This document shows, in pieces, positions 38,877 to 48,331 of a stretch of 64,000 nt of DNA. How positions within the stretch are numbered: position 1 is the first letter of the stretch; the number at the start of each line of letters is the position of its first letter. The notes under the pieces are model-generated. The model saw only the letters and a program-made list of their open reading frames with translations, made no database searches and was not told the DNA's origin. Position numbers and translations under genes: made by a program. The stretch comes from Treponemataceae bacterium (lineage in GTDB: Bacteria; Spirochaetota; Spirochaetia; Treponematales; Rectinemataceae): positions 512,001 through 576,000 of the forward strand of contig CAXXHO010000005.1 of assembly GCA_963667725.2 (NCBI GenBank). The letters run 5' to 3'.

Positions 38877-40109
38877 TTAAAGACCGTCTGCGGGGCTGCG
38901 GACGCCTCCTGGGCCTCGGTTGAGAACGTGCGTGTAGATCATCGTCGTTTTGACGTCGCTGTGGCCGAGAAGTTCCTGTACGGTGCGTATGTCATAGCCG
39001 CTTTCTAAAAGATGTGTGGCGAAGGAATGGCGGAAGGTGTGGCAGCTAGCGCGTTTGGCGATGCCGGCTTTCACTATGGCTTCGTGAACGGCGCTTTGCA
39101 GAATGCTCGGGTCCATGTGATAGCGCCCTTGCTGGCTGGTTGCGGAATTTTTCCAGCGGCGTTCTTGCGGGAAGACCCATTGCCATGCCCAATCGGTTGA
39201 TGCGTTTGGGTATTTTTTTTCGAGGGCGTTGGGGATGGGGACTCGACCCCATCCTTCTGCCAGGTCTTTGTCATGTATTATTTTGACTTGTAATAGATGG
39301 TCGCTCAAGGCTTTTTTCAATGTTTCGGGGAGCATAGTGACGCGATCTTTTGCGCCTTTCCCGTTGCGGATCAGGATTTCATTGCGGGAAAAATCGATGT
39401 CCTGTACACGGAGTTCAAGGCATTCCATGATCCTGATGCCTGTACCGTACATGAGAGATGCCGCGAGCCATTTGTCGCCTTTGAGGCCGAGTAGGACTTC
39501 CCTTACTTCCTGTCTGCTCATCACGACGGGGAGGCGTTTGGGTTTCTTGGCCCTGATCACTTCGCCGACATCTCCGACGGGTATGTTCATTACATTTCGG
39601 AAGAAGAAGAGCAGGGCGGCAAGCGCTTGGTTTTGCGTGGAGGCGCTCACGTTCTCGGTGACAGCCAGGCGGCTGAGGAAGGTGTTGATTTCGGCGCCGC
39701 CGAGGTTTTTGGGAGATTTCCCCTTGTTGGATTCCAGAAAGCGTCGAAGCCATTTTTCGTAGGATTCCTTCGTCCGGTCGCTGTAGTGGCGAGCGGAGAG
39801 GGCCGCAAGATATCGCTGGAGGTAGGGTGCTTGTGTATCGGGCGCTGCTTGGCGGCAAGGTTCGACAAATAGTTCCTTGAGGCCAATTTTTTTTTGTGGG
39901 TCTACTTCGATGGCGCTGAAGAGGCCGGTATCGTAAAGGGCTTTTAGAAGTTGGCGTACATTGCCTTTGTTGTCGGGAAGGCGGAATACTTTTCGAATTT
40001 TGTCCCAACGGCTGTCAGCGATTTTCCGCACGACATCGAAAAGTTTCGGGTCATAGGGCAGGCTGATGGAAAGGTAACCGTTTTCCGATCCAGTGATTGA
40101 AACGATCAT
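38877..40109 (-). CDS. intI: Integron integrase (tyrosine recombinase) with N-terminal extension, ~410 aa
   Basis: SASTQNQALAAL, YGTGIR, GKGAKDR, IntI-specific insertion (LEKKYPNA..WAWQWVFP), HTFRHSFATHLL, LLGH, TTMIYTHV; GGAGG RBS before the ATG at 40109. Confidence 0.97.
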   Translation of the reverse strand: MIVSITGSENGYLSISLPYDPKLFDVVRKIADSRWDKIRKVFRLPDNKGNVRQLLKALYDTGLFSAIEVDPQKKIGLKELFVEPCRQAAPDTQAPYLQRYLAALSARHYSDRTKESYEKWLRRFLESNKGKSPKNLGGAEINTFLSRLAVTENVSASTQNQALAALLFFFRNVMNIPVGDVGEVIRAKKPKRLPVVMSRQEVREVLLGLKGDKWLAASLMYGTGIRIMECLELRVQDIDFSRNEILIRNGKGAKDRVTMLPETLKKALSDHLLQVKIIHDKDLAEGWGRVPIPNALEKKYPNASTDWAWQWVFPQERRWKNSATSQQGRYHMDPSILQSAVHEAIVKAGIAKRASCHTFRHSFATHLLESGYDIRTVQELLGHSDVKTTMIYTHVLNRGPGGVRSPADGL

Positions 40110-40295
40110 GACGATACCTCCCTTGTTCCGAGGAAGTGAAGGGCTGTGATATAGGCTTCGCAGCACCGAGGCGCGCAACGCAAACGGGTTTCGGGAGGAG
40201 GTGCGGGGGATACGCGGCGCTTTCTTCGCCGAAACAGAATAAAAGGCCGGACCGTATCTTTTGTAATCGTTCGAAAAATAAAGTTGCTCATACAC

Positions 40296-40323
40296 ATCAT
40301 ACGCCGATGGAGAGCGAAGTCAA
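40296..40323 (-). promoter_or_regulatory. Candidate intI promoter
   Basis: TTGACT-16-TATGAT. Confidence 0.55.
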
Positions 40324-40327
40324 TTGA

Positions 40328-40355
40328 AAAAAGGCTCCACTGTTGAAGCCTTTTT
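40328..40355. terminator. Probable bidirectional intrinsic terminator upstream of intI
   Basis: aaaaaggct-ccactgttga-agccttttt. Confidence 0.55.
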
Positions 40356-40431
40356 ATCAAATTTTTTCCGGATCGCTGGCTTCGGTTATTTTTTGCCGCG
40401 CCGAGCGGCTTTTTTCATAACGCCATTTCCT

Positions 40432-41925
40432 TCACTTTATCGTGAAGGAAACGAAATCTTCCTTTGGTAGCTTGTCGATAAGGGCCGGGTCGCCGACTGC
40501 CACCCATGTGAAGGATCCGTCGAGAATGTAATCGGAGAAGGCTTTCTCCACGTCGATGGGCTTGATGGCCGCTATCCTGACGACATCGCGCACCCAATCG
40601 GAGGGGTTGCCCGTGTTTATGGCGGAATTTATCATCAGGCTCGCTATAGCGGCGTTGGTGCGCACGGCTTCGAAGTATTCGTTGGCGAACATCAGTTTGT
40701 AGGTTTCCAGGGCATCGGCGATTTTCATGTACTTCGCTTCTTCTCCGGGACGGCCGGGGTCGACCGATACGCAGCGTCCGGAAGCGAAAATGGCGGCGGC
40801 TTCGTCGATGTATGTCTTGATCTTGTCCGTGGCCGATGTTTTATAGATGGATATCGAGCCGTAATTGGCGCTGAATGACCTGATGCCCGCGCCGGGCGAA
40901 TATACGGCGCCGTACTGGTCGCGCACGACGGTGAAGAGAAGGTCGGAGAACAGTTTCATGGCAAGGTTGGCGGCCATGAAGTCGGTCGCCCCGGGGGCAG
41001 GCGCCGCGAAGTCGCCGCGCAGGTAGGCGACGCCTTTCGATTGGTTGTGGCCGGCGGTGTAGAGTCTGCCAGGCGCGCCGCGCCCGAATTCCGGGGGAAG
41101 GGGTATCGCCCCGAGGCCGCGGTCGGGTATTTTCCCGATGGAATTCTCGAGGGCGGCGCGAAGGGCGAACGCATCGAAATCGCCTACCGCGACGACGAAG
41201 ATCCGGTCGGCCGAGACGTTTTCTTCATGCCATTTCTTCATAGCCTGCACGGTGGTCGGTCCGATCGTGGCTTCCGTCCCGTCGGCGTTCACCGCGTATG
41301 GGTGTCCCTCGAAGTATTTTTCGTTCGCCAGCTTGTTCGTCACCGACCAGGGGTTCTGGTCTTTGGATTGTATGGCGAGTTCGATTTCGCTCTTGGCCTG
41401 CTCGAAGTCGAGGGGATCGAATGCGGGGGAAACGATCATGTCGCTCCATATGGGGAGAAGTTTGTCGAAGTATTTGTCGAGGACGTTGAGGCTCAACGTC
41501 GAATACTCGAACAGGCTGGCGGCCGAGATGGAGCTGGAGCTGCTGTCGAGAAGTTCGGTGACGGCTTTGTAGGAGTAATTGGCCGATGCGCGAGCCATGG
41601 TGGCGAAGGCGAGTTTGGACCAGCCGGCTTCTTCGGGCGGGCTGGCGAGAGAGCTGCCGCGCAGAACGAGGCTGATGTTGCGGACTCTGTTGGCCTTGTT
41701 GTACTTGATATAGACGGGAATTCCGTTCGAGAGGGTCAGGGAGGCGAAGGTAGGGAGGTTGTCGCGGACGAAGGCCGGTTCGGTTTGAGGCGCGGCAGGA
41801 ACGGTCTGAGACGCGCCCTGGCCGGCCTGCGCCGAGAGTCCCATTGGTACAGCAAGCGCCGCGAACGCGATGAGCGCGATCGCCGGTACGAATTTCAGTT
41901 TAGCGGGTTTCATCATTTTCCTCAT
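40432..41925 (-). CDS. M16 family peptidase, non-catalytic subunit
   Basis: LSNGIPV, HPY, VRDQYGAVY; no HxxEH motif; ATGA overlap with its partner. Confidence 0.85.
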   Translation of the reverse strand: MRKMMKPAKLKFVPAIALIAFAALAVPMGLSAQAGQGASQTVPAAPQTEPAFVRDNLPTFASLTLSNGIPVYIKYNKANRVRNISLVLRGSSLASPPEEAGWSKLAFATMARASANYSYKAVTELLDSSSSSISAASLFEYSTLSLNVLDKYFDKLLPIWSDMIVSPAFDPLDFEQAKSEIELAIQSKDQNPWSVTNKLANEKYFEGHPYAVNADGTEATIGPTTVQAMKKWHEENVSADRIFVVAVGDFDAFALRAALENSIGKIPDRGLGAIPLPPEFGRGAPGRLYTAGHNQSKGVAYLRGDFAAPAPGATDFMAANLAMKLFSDLLFTVVRDQYGAVYSPGAGIRSFSANYGSISIYKTSATDKIKTYIDEAAAIFASGRCVSVDPGRPGEEAKYMKIADALETYKLMFANEYFEAVRTNAAIASLMINSAINTGNPSDWVRDVVRIAAIKPIDVEKAFSDYILDGSFTWVAVGDPALIDKLPKEDFVSFTIK

Positions 41926-43397
41926 TTCTGCCACCAGAACGCGTTGTCCGCGCCCACATTTAAATAACCGTATTCGCGCATCTTCTCTCCCAGCGTCGCG
42001 TCCGTTTCCAGGGTGCTCGCGCGGATTCGCATGAGGGTGGCCGCTTCCGCTGCCTTTCCCCTGCCTACGATGTAACGCGTCGTAAGGTCGGCTATATCGG
42101 TCCAGTTTACTTTGCCGCAGCTTCCCTCATAGGCGAAGAAATAATCGGCGGTGGCGGTGGACCACCAGAAGGTGAGCGTGTCGGTGACGAAGCTCTGGGC
42201 GCTTTCCATGGCGTAGATATTCTGATCGATGAGTTTTGTCTTCGCTTTCTCGAGTTCGCCGGCGCCGAAATAGCTTTCGGGATCCTCAGCGAGAAGGGCG
42301 AACTCGTCGAGGACGGCGGAACGCAGGGCTTCAGTCCTATCGAGAATGGCTCCTTCGGCGGCGGGATCCTGGATCACCATATAAGCGGTAAAGACGAAGT
42401 TGCCTCCGTCGCGGGCGGTGGGATAGGAAAAATCGATGTATTCGGCATCGTAGAGTCCATCGAATTTCTCCATAATAGCAGTCTTGAAGCGGCCGACGGG
42501 CGACGAGAGGAGAAAGAGGAGCACGTCGGAGGTGTAAGTATCCTTGGTCTGGCGAAGCACGTCGGGGCCTCTCCATCGGTACTGGATCTGGGCAAGGCCC
42601 CTATAGAAGAGCTCTTCGGCCGACACAAGCTTTATGTCCGCGGGGAAAGCGCCATGGGGCGGTTCTCCGATCAGGGGCGCGGGCGCCCCGGCCCAATCGC
42701 CGAAAAGTCCGCCCGCGAGGGCGAAGACTTCTTCGGGCCTGCAGTCGCCTCCTACGATGAGGGTCATGTTGCTCGGTATGTAAAAAGCGTTTTGCATCGT
42801 CTTCAATGTGTCTACGTTGGCCGATTCTATATTGCTTTCCGGTCCGTCGACGTTCTTTCTCCAGGGATAATCGGCGAAGATGCGCGACTCGAGAGCGTTG
42901 TTGGCTATACGGGCGGGGTCGCTGTGATAGCCCCTGATTTCATTGAGCACGACTTGTTTTTCGTTTTCCAGGGTTGCCGGATCGAAGACTGGATAGCGAA
43001 CCGCCTGAGCCCAGAAGTCCATGCCTTCGGAGAGTCTTTCCGAGGGTACGGTGATGTGGTAGTTGATGAATTCGGTGCCGGTGGCGCCGTTCCAAGCCGT
43101 CGTGCCCATGTTATTGAGAGCAGCGTTGAACGATTTCTTCGTGGGGTACTTCCGGTTCCCGGCGAAGAGCATGTGCTCGTAGAGATGGAAGAGTCCAGCG
43201 GTTTCCGGCGTCTGCGCGCTTGCTCCTCCCCTGAACGCCAAGCATATGGTGACGAGGGGGACCGAGCGGTTTTCCACAGCGAACACTTCCAGACCGTTGG
43301 GCAATATCGTGTGGGAAATGCTGTCGCCGCCCTGAGCCTGTGCCGACGCCGAAAGCAGAAGAACGGCGAACAGGATTGTCGCCGCGATGCGTTTCAT
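41922..43397 (-). CDS. M16 (insulinase) family zinc peptidase
   Basis: HLYEHMLF, EKQVVLNE; signal peptide. Confidence 0.92.
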   Translation of the reverse strand: MKRIAATILFAVLLLSASAQAQGGDSISHTILPNGLEVFAVENRSVPLVTICLAFRGGASAQTPETAGLFHLYEHMLFAGNRKYPTKKSFNAALNNMGTTAWNGATGTEFINYHITVPSERLSEGMDFWAQAVRYPVFDPATLENEKQVVLNEIRGYHSDPARIANNALESRIFADYPWRKNVDGPESNIESANVDTLKTMQNAFYIPSNMTLIVGGDCRPEEVFALAGGLFGDWAGAPAPLIGEPPHGAFPADIKLVSAEELFYRGLAQIQYRWRGPDVLRQTKDTYTSDVLLFLLSSPVGRFKTAIMEKFDGLYDAEYIDFSYPTARDGGNFVFTAYMVIQDPAAEGAILDRTEALRSAVLDEFALLAEDPESYFGAGELEKAKTKLIDQNIYAMESAQSFVTDTLTFWWSTATADYFFAYEGSCGKVNWTDIADLTTRYIVGRGKAAEAATLMRIRASTLETDATLGEKMREYGYLNVGADNAFWWQK

Positions 43398-43441
43398 CGG
43401 GCTTCTTGTTCTTCTTAGGCTAATCACGGGATTTCTCCTCT

Positions 43442-44644
43442 TTAGAGCATCAAGCGCAGAATGCCCGTCAGTTCGGCCGCGTCCAGGATGACGGGTACGG
43501 GATAGGGAGTGCCATGCGCTTCCCTGAAAGCGTCGACGACGATGCCTGCAATATCTTCTTCCTTGAGGAACACGGCTTTTTCCGGGATGCCTACGTCAGC
43601 GTTGAGCGCGCGAACCGCTTCGACGAAGGCGAGCGCGCAGGTCTTGGCGTCTTCGCTATTGCCGCGCCTTCGGATACCGGCTGCCTCGGCGAGGTCGGCC
43701 AGGCGTTCGGGGCAGACGCTTCGGTAATAGTCGAGAAAGTACGGAAGCGCTATGGCGTTGGCAAGGCCATGGGGGATGTGGTAGCGCTCGCCGAAGCGAT
43801 GCGCGACCGCGTGAACGTAGCCGACGAATCCCCTCGTGAAAGCGCGGCCAGCCAGATGGGAAGCCCGCAGCATGGCTTCGCGCGCTTCCACCTTGGTTCC
43901 GTCGTCGCAGGCGACGCGGAGATTCGAGAAGATGAGATGGACCGCTTCTATCGCCTGAACGTCGACATCGGAATAATGGAGGGTATTGGTATAGGCTTCG
44001 ACAGCATGCGTGAGCGCGTCGAGCCCCGTGGCCGCCGTCATCCCAGGCGGCAACCCGAGCGTGAGCAGGGGATCGAGTATCGCCGTGTTGGGGGGGAGCC
44101 GCGGATCGAGGACCGTCGTCTTCCTCTTTTTCTTGGTGTCCGTGATGACGGCGGCGGCCGTGGCTTCGCTGCCTGTGCCGGCTGTCGTGGGAACGCATAT
44201 GAAGGGCAGGCCTCCATTACGGAAGGGCATGAGGCCCGAAAATTTCGCGATGCTCTTCTTGTGCGTGGCCCCCATCCTGATGAGTTTGCCCGCGTCGATC
44301 ACCGAGCCTCCTCCGATGGCTATAACCATGTCGCAGGCGTTCGCCTTGAGAACGGCGAGGCCTTTTTCGCAGAGCTCGAAGGAGGGATCGGGAAGTATCT
44401 CATCGAATATGGCGTAGGGAATTCCCGCGCCGGCGAGAATGTCGGTGAGTTTGGCCACGACGCCCGTCTTGACGAGGGTAGCATCGGTGACGATGAGCGG
44501 TTTCCTGGCGTGATGCACGTCGAGTTCGGAGGGAACCAGTTTTATGCTTCCAGGCCCTGTCAGAAGCGTCGGAATTTTCTGCGGCAGGATGGTGAGCACT
44601 CTCGCGGCCACATTGAACCAGATCCATTTTACAGCATGTTTCAT
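43442..44644 (-). CDS. Iron-containing alcohol dehydrogenase
   Basis: GGGSVID, PTTAGTGSE, DALTHAVE, PHGLANAI. Confidence 0.95.
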   Translation of the reverse strand: MKHAVKWIWFNVAARVLTILPQKIPTLLTGPGSIKLVPSELDVHHARKPLIVTDATLVKTGVVAKLTDILAGAGIPYAIFDEILPDPSFELCEKGLAVLKANACDMVIAIGGGSVIDAGKLIRMGATHKKSIAKFSGLMPFRNGGLPFICVPTTAGTGSEATAAAVITDTKKKRKTTVLDPRLPPNTAILDPLLTLGLPPGMTAATGLDALTHAVEAYTNTLHYSDVDVQAIEAVHLIFSNLRVACDDGTKVEAREAMLRASHLAGRAFTRGFVGYVHAVAHRFGERYHIPHGLANAIALPYFLDYYRSVCPERLADLAEAAGIRRRGNSEDAKTCALAFVEAVRALNADVGIPEKAVFLKEEDIAGIVVDAFREAHGTPYPVPVILDAAELTGILRLML

Positions 44645-44697
44645 AATTCCTCCCGACGGCGGTCGGTTCTCCGCCGTCGAGGCGGGCCGACCTCGAC

Positions 44698-45048
44698 TCA
44701 GTTTTTCAGGAAACGGAGGAAGCCGCTCCTGTCGATGTAATTGCTTTCGTGGACGAGCGCCCCGTTCCTGTAGTAACGGATATAGGGGACTTGATCGTTG
44801 CCGAAGGTTTCTTCCTTGAAGCCGAGGAACTCATCGAAAAAGGGTTCCCTGTCGTATTCTATCCAATAAATGTCGCAGCCCGCTTCCTTCGCCACATCTT
44901 CGATGTATCGTTTCATCCAGGCCCATTGGGGACACCAACTCTGAGTGAGTATGATGGCGGCGGCCGGGGAGGAGGCTTTTATCGAGGAATCGAAATCGCC
45001 CGAGGCGATGGCAGCCCGGCATTCTTGCTCCGTCAGTTTCTTTACCAT
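44698..45048 (-). CDS. Thioredoxin-like protein
   Basis: TQSWCPQW and VP motifs; start at MVKKL. Confidence 0.7.
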   Translation of the reverse strand: MVKKLTEQECRAAIASGDFDSSIKASSPAAAIILTQSWCPQWAWMKRYIEDVAKEAGCDIYWIEYDREPFFDEFLGFKEETFGNDQVPYIRYYRNGALVHESNYIDRSGFLRFLKN

Positions 45049-45250
45049 GAATCCATGATATACGCGCGGTTTCAGGCGCGCAAGGGAAGAACCGAGGAGG
45101 CTTTCCCGGAGAAAACTGTCCGCGGCCGAGTCCTCGATAACCCCGGGAAAGGCGCGGCGCCGATTATGCTTGTAAGTTTTTCCGCTTTTGGTACAATAGC
45201 CGGAGCAAAGCTGAGTCGATTTTACCGGCGGGAACACTGGAGATTGCTAT

Positions 45251-46819
45251 ATGTCGACGATTGATATCCGAACGGTAAGCATCATGATGGTGATGACCGA
45301 TCTGCTGAGTGCCTTCCTCCTCACCCTGCTATGGCTTCAGGCGCGATCGAGGTTCAGGGGTCTCGGTTACTGGACGGTCGACTTTGTCCTTCAGGCGGTC
45401 GGGATGTTCCTCATCCTTCTGCGCGGCTCCATTCCGGACAGTCTATCCGTCGTGGCGGCGAATATCTTCATCGCCAGTGGCTCCCTGCTGGGTCTTCTCG
45501 GCTATGGCCGCTTTTTGGGGAAACAGATACGCCTTCGCTTCAATATAATCCTCCTTATTCTATTTTCGGCCATCCATTTCTGGTTCGGCCTGGTAGATCC
45601 CCATATCGGGCCGCGCAATATCAATATAGGAACCTATCTGCTCATTCTGGATGCCGAGGCCTTGTGGCTTTTCTTCAGGCTGACGGAAAAATCGAAGCGA
45701 CGAATCCTTACGGCTCCCATCGTCGTCCATACCCTCTTCGCCCTGCTCGGGTTCGTGCGTTTCATAGCGTACTTCACGGGTCCCGGCAACACGAGGGAAG
45801 ACAGCTTCTTCGCGGTGAACGCCGTTTCTTCCTTTGGGTTCCTCATCTACCAAATCCTCCTCATCGCCCTTACCTACAGTTTCGTCATCATGGTGAGTCA
45901 GCGTCTTCTCGCCGAGGTCTGGGGCGAGCATCAGAAGTTCTCCAAGTCTTTTTATGGCGCTCCCTATGCCATGATCCTCGCCCGGTTGCCTTTGGGGGTC
46001 ATTGTCGAAGTAAATAAGGGATTCGAGCTTCTTACGGGCTATGGTTCCGCCGATGTCATAGGAAAGCAGATTCTCGACCTCGGCATATGGGAAGATTTGG
46101 AGGAGAGGAAAGCGGTTCTTGCTGAGCTGGAAAAGACGGGGAGAACCCTGGAAAGGGAGGTGATCCTCAGGAGGAGGAACGGTTCCCTGGCGGACGTGCT
46201 CCTTTCTTCCGAAACCTTGTCGATCGAGGGCGAGGCGATGGTCCTCGCCGCCATTTCCGATATTTCCGAACGCAAGCGCATGGAAGAAAAGATCCGCGAC
46301 CTTTCGAGAAGGGATTCTCTCACCGGCGTATTCAACAGGCGTTATGCCTTCGAGCTGCTAGAACGCTTGGTGGCTAACGCGAATGACGGGGATGCGGAGG
46401 ACGGTTTTTCCATCGCCCTGCTCGATATGGACTTTTTCAAGGGGATCAATGATCGGTATGGACATTTGGCGGGAGATCTGGCGCTGACGAGCCTGACCGA
46501 GACTATCCTTTCGCATATTGGCGGCCTTAAGGCGGGGGCGGCAGCCGCGAGGTACGGCGGCGAGGAATTCGTCGTCTTCTTCCCTGGTCTGGGGAAAGCC
46601 GAGGCCGCGACGGTGATGTCCGGTATACTGGAAAAGTACCGTTCCACCGCGATGGATCAGGCGGGAACTAAGTTTTGCTGCACTTTCTCCTGCGGCATAG
46701 CGGAAAGCACCGAGCTGGGGTCTGCGGAAGCCTTGACGGTCGAATCCATCGTGGCCCTCGTGGACAGGCGCATGTACGAAGCCAAGCAAGGCGGCCGAAA
46801 CAGGATCAGCGCGGACTGA
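45251..46819 (+). CDS. Membrane PAS-GGDEF diguanylate cyclase
   Basis: About 7 TM helices, PAS domain, RYGGEEF. Confidence 0.92.
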   Translation: MSTIDIRTVSIMMVMTDLLSAFLLTLLWLQARSRFRGLGYWTVDFVLQAVGMFLILLRGSIPDSLSVVAANIFIASGSLLGLLGYGRFLGKQIRLRFNIILLILFSAIHFWFGLVDPHIGPRNINIGTYLLILDAEALWLFFRLTEKSKRRILTAPIVVHTLFALLGFVRFIAYFTGPGNTREDSFFAVNAVSSFGFLIYQILLIALTYSFVIMVSQRLLAEVWGEHQKFSKSFYGAPYAMILARLPLGVIVEVNKGFELLTGYGSADVIGKQILDLGIWEDLEERKAVLAELEKTGRTLEREVILRRRNGSLADVLLSSETLSIEGEAMVLAAISDISERKRMEEKIRDLSRRDSLTGVFNRRYAFELLERLVANANDGDAEDGFSIALLDMDFFKGINDRYGHLAGDLALTSLTETILSHIGGLKAGAAAARYGGEEFVVFFPGLGKAEAATVMSGILEKYRSTAMDQAGTKFCCTFSCGIAESTELGSAEALTVESIVALVDRRMYEAKQGGRNRISAD

Positions 46820-46876
46820 GTCCTGGAACCGCGGTCCGGCGTCCTACCGTTTACGTCTTTTCGCCGCGCGGGCCGC

Positions 46877-48241
46877 CTATACTTTGATGTGAACCCACTT
46901 CCCTTTTCTGTAGCGTATGGCTATGAAAACAAACCTCGCCATCTGGTCCACGGCCAGGGCCAGCCACGCGCCGAACAATCCCATGGAAAATACGTTTATC
47001 AGGACATAGGCGAGACTGGGCCTTATGCAGAGGATGCCGATAGCCATCGAAATGGCCGGGTAGAGGGAATCGCCAGCCCCCCGGAGGGCGCCGGCGTATA
47101 TCTGGAATGAGGCCAGGAATGGCTGGACGAAGCCGGAGAGGATCATGACGCCGGCGCCGAGGGCGACGATCTCTGGATCGCTGGTAAAAAGCTGTACGAG
47201 CTGTTTCCTGAAAAGGAACATGCAGAGGCCCATGAAGGCCGAGGTCAGGGCGCCCATTTTTTGGCAGGCGGCCGACGCCGTTTTGGCCCCATCGAGGTCC
47301 CCGCGACCAAGGGCTTGGCCCGTAAGGCTGGTGGAGGCAATCCCGAATGCCTGTCCGTTGACGAAGGAGAGGTTGAGGATGGCGAGGGCTATCTGATGGG
47401 CGGCGAAGACTTTCGTGCCCAAGGCCGTTATCGTGAGGGTGTAGAGGAGAAGCCCGACGCGGAGCGCGAGCTGTTCAGCCGCCGAGGGAAGGCCGATTTT
47501 AAAAAGACGTTTCAGCATCGGGAAATTGGGGACGCAGTTTTCGCGGGTAAAATGCAGTTCGATGAATTCCGAGGCCGCTTTGCCCGGCTTGCGGAAGGGG
47601 CTGCCCAGGATTGCCCATATGGCCATCCCGCAGCCGACCGTATTCCCTATGACGGTGGCGATGGCGGCGCCCGCCACTTCCAGCCGGGGGAAGCCGAACT
47701 TGCCATAAATCAGCAGGTAGTTGAAGAGAATGTTCACGAGGTTGGCGGTGAGGTTGTACTTCATCGAGATGCGCGTGTCGCCGACGCCTCGCAGGAGCGC
47801 GGAAATGGCGATGGGAAGGACGGTGGGCACGAAGCCGAACATCAGGATCCTGAAATAGCTGGTCGCGAATTCTATGGTATCGGGGCCGGCGCCCATGAAT
47901 CGCACCATAGGGCGGGCGAAGATTACCCCCAGCGCGCCGAGCAATACGGCGATGATGAAGGCGAGCAGAAAAGACTGGGTGGTGACGAGTTCGGCGTCCT
48001 TTTTGTTTTTCTGTCCCTTGAAGCGCGCGACGAGGGCCGTGGTTCCGACATTGAGGGCGATGAAGGTGGCGAGCATCACGAAGCGAGGCTGGCTGGTAAG
48101 GCCGACCGCCGAAATAGCGTAGGCGCCGAGCTTGCCTACCATGATCGTGTCCGCGAAGGAGGTGGCCGAGGTGAGGACGAGTTCCACGACCGCGGGCGCC
48201 GCTATGGTCAGGACGGTTCTATAGAGCGGACTGATTTTCAT
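46877..48241 (-). CDS. MATE family efflux transporter
   Basis: DTIMVGKLG, LRGVGDT, GAAIAT repeats. Confidence 0.93.
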   Translation of the reverse strand: MKISPLYRTVLTIAAPAVVELVLTSATSFADTIMVGKLGAYAISAVGLTSQPRFVMLATFIALNVGTTALVARFKGQKNKKDAELVTTQSFLLAFIIAVLLGALGVIFARPMVRFMGAGPDTIEFATSYFRILMFGFVPTVLPIAISALLRGVGDTRISMKYNLTANLVNILFNYLLIYGKFGFPRLEVAGAAIATVIGNTVGCGMAIWAILGSPFRKPGKAASEFIELHFTRENCVPNFPMLKRLFKIGLPSAAEQLALRVGLLLYTLTITALGTKVFAAHQIALAILNLSFVNGQAFGIASTSLTGQALGRGDLDGAKTASAACQKMGALTSAFMGLCMFLFRKQLVQLFTSDPEIVALGAGVMILSGFVQPFLASFQIYAGALRGAGDSLYPAISMAIGILCIRPSLAYVLINVFSMGLFGAWLALAVDQMARFVFIAIRYRKGKWVHIKV

Positions 48242-48331
48242 GTGCTGTCACTATACCCATTTGCCTGATCTTTGCTCAATCCTGTGAGCCTCCGAGAGAC
48301 TCACTGTGAAATGAGCCTTGGGGAGCGATCC

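Noticed and set aside
40110..40330. LexA/SOS box upstream of intI, and the 472-aa long form of IntI
   Set aside because: I saw no CTGT-N8-ACAG or GAAC-N4-GTTC site. The GTG at 40295 abuts the predicted -10 and lacks an RBS, whereas the ATG at 40109 has GGAGG.
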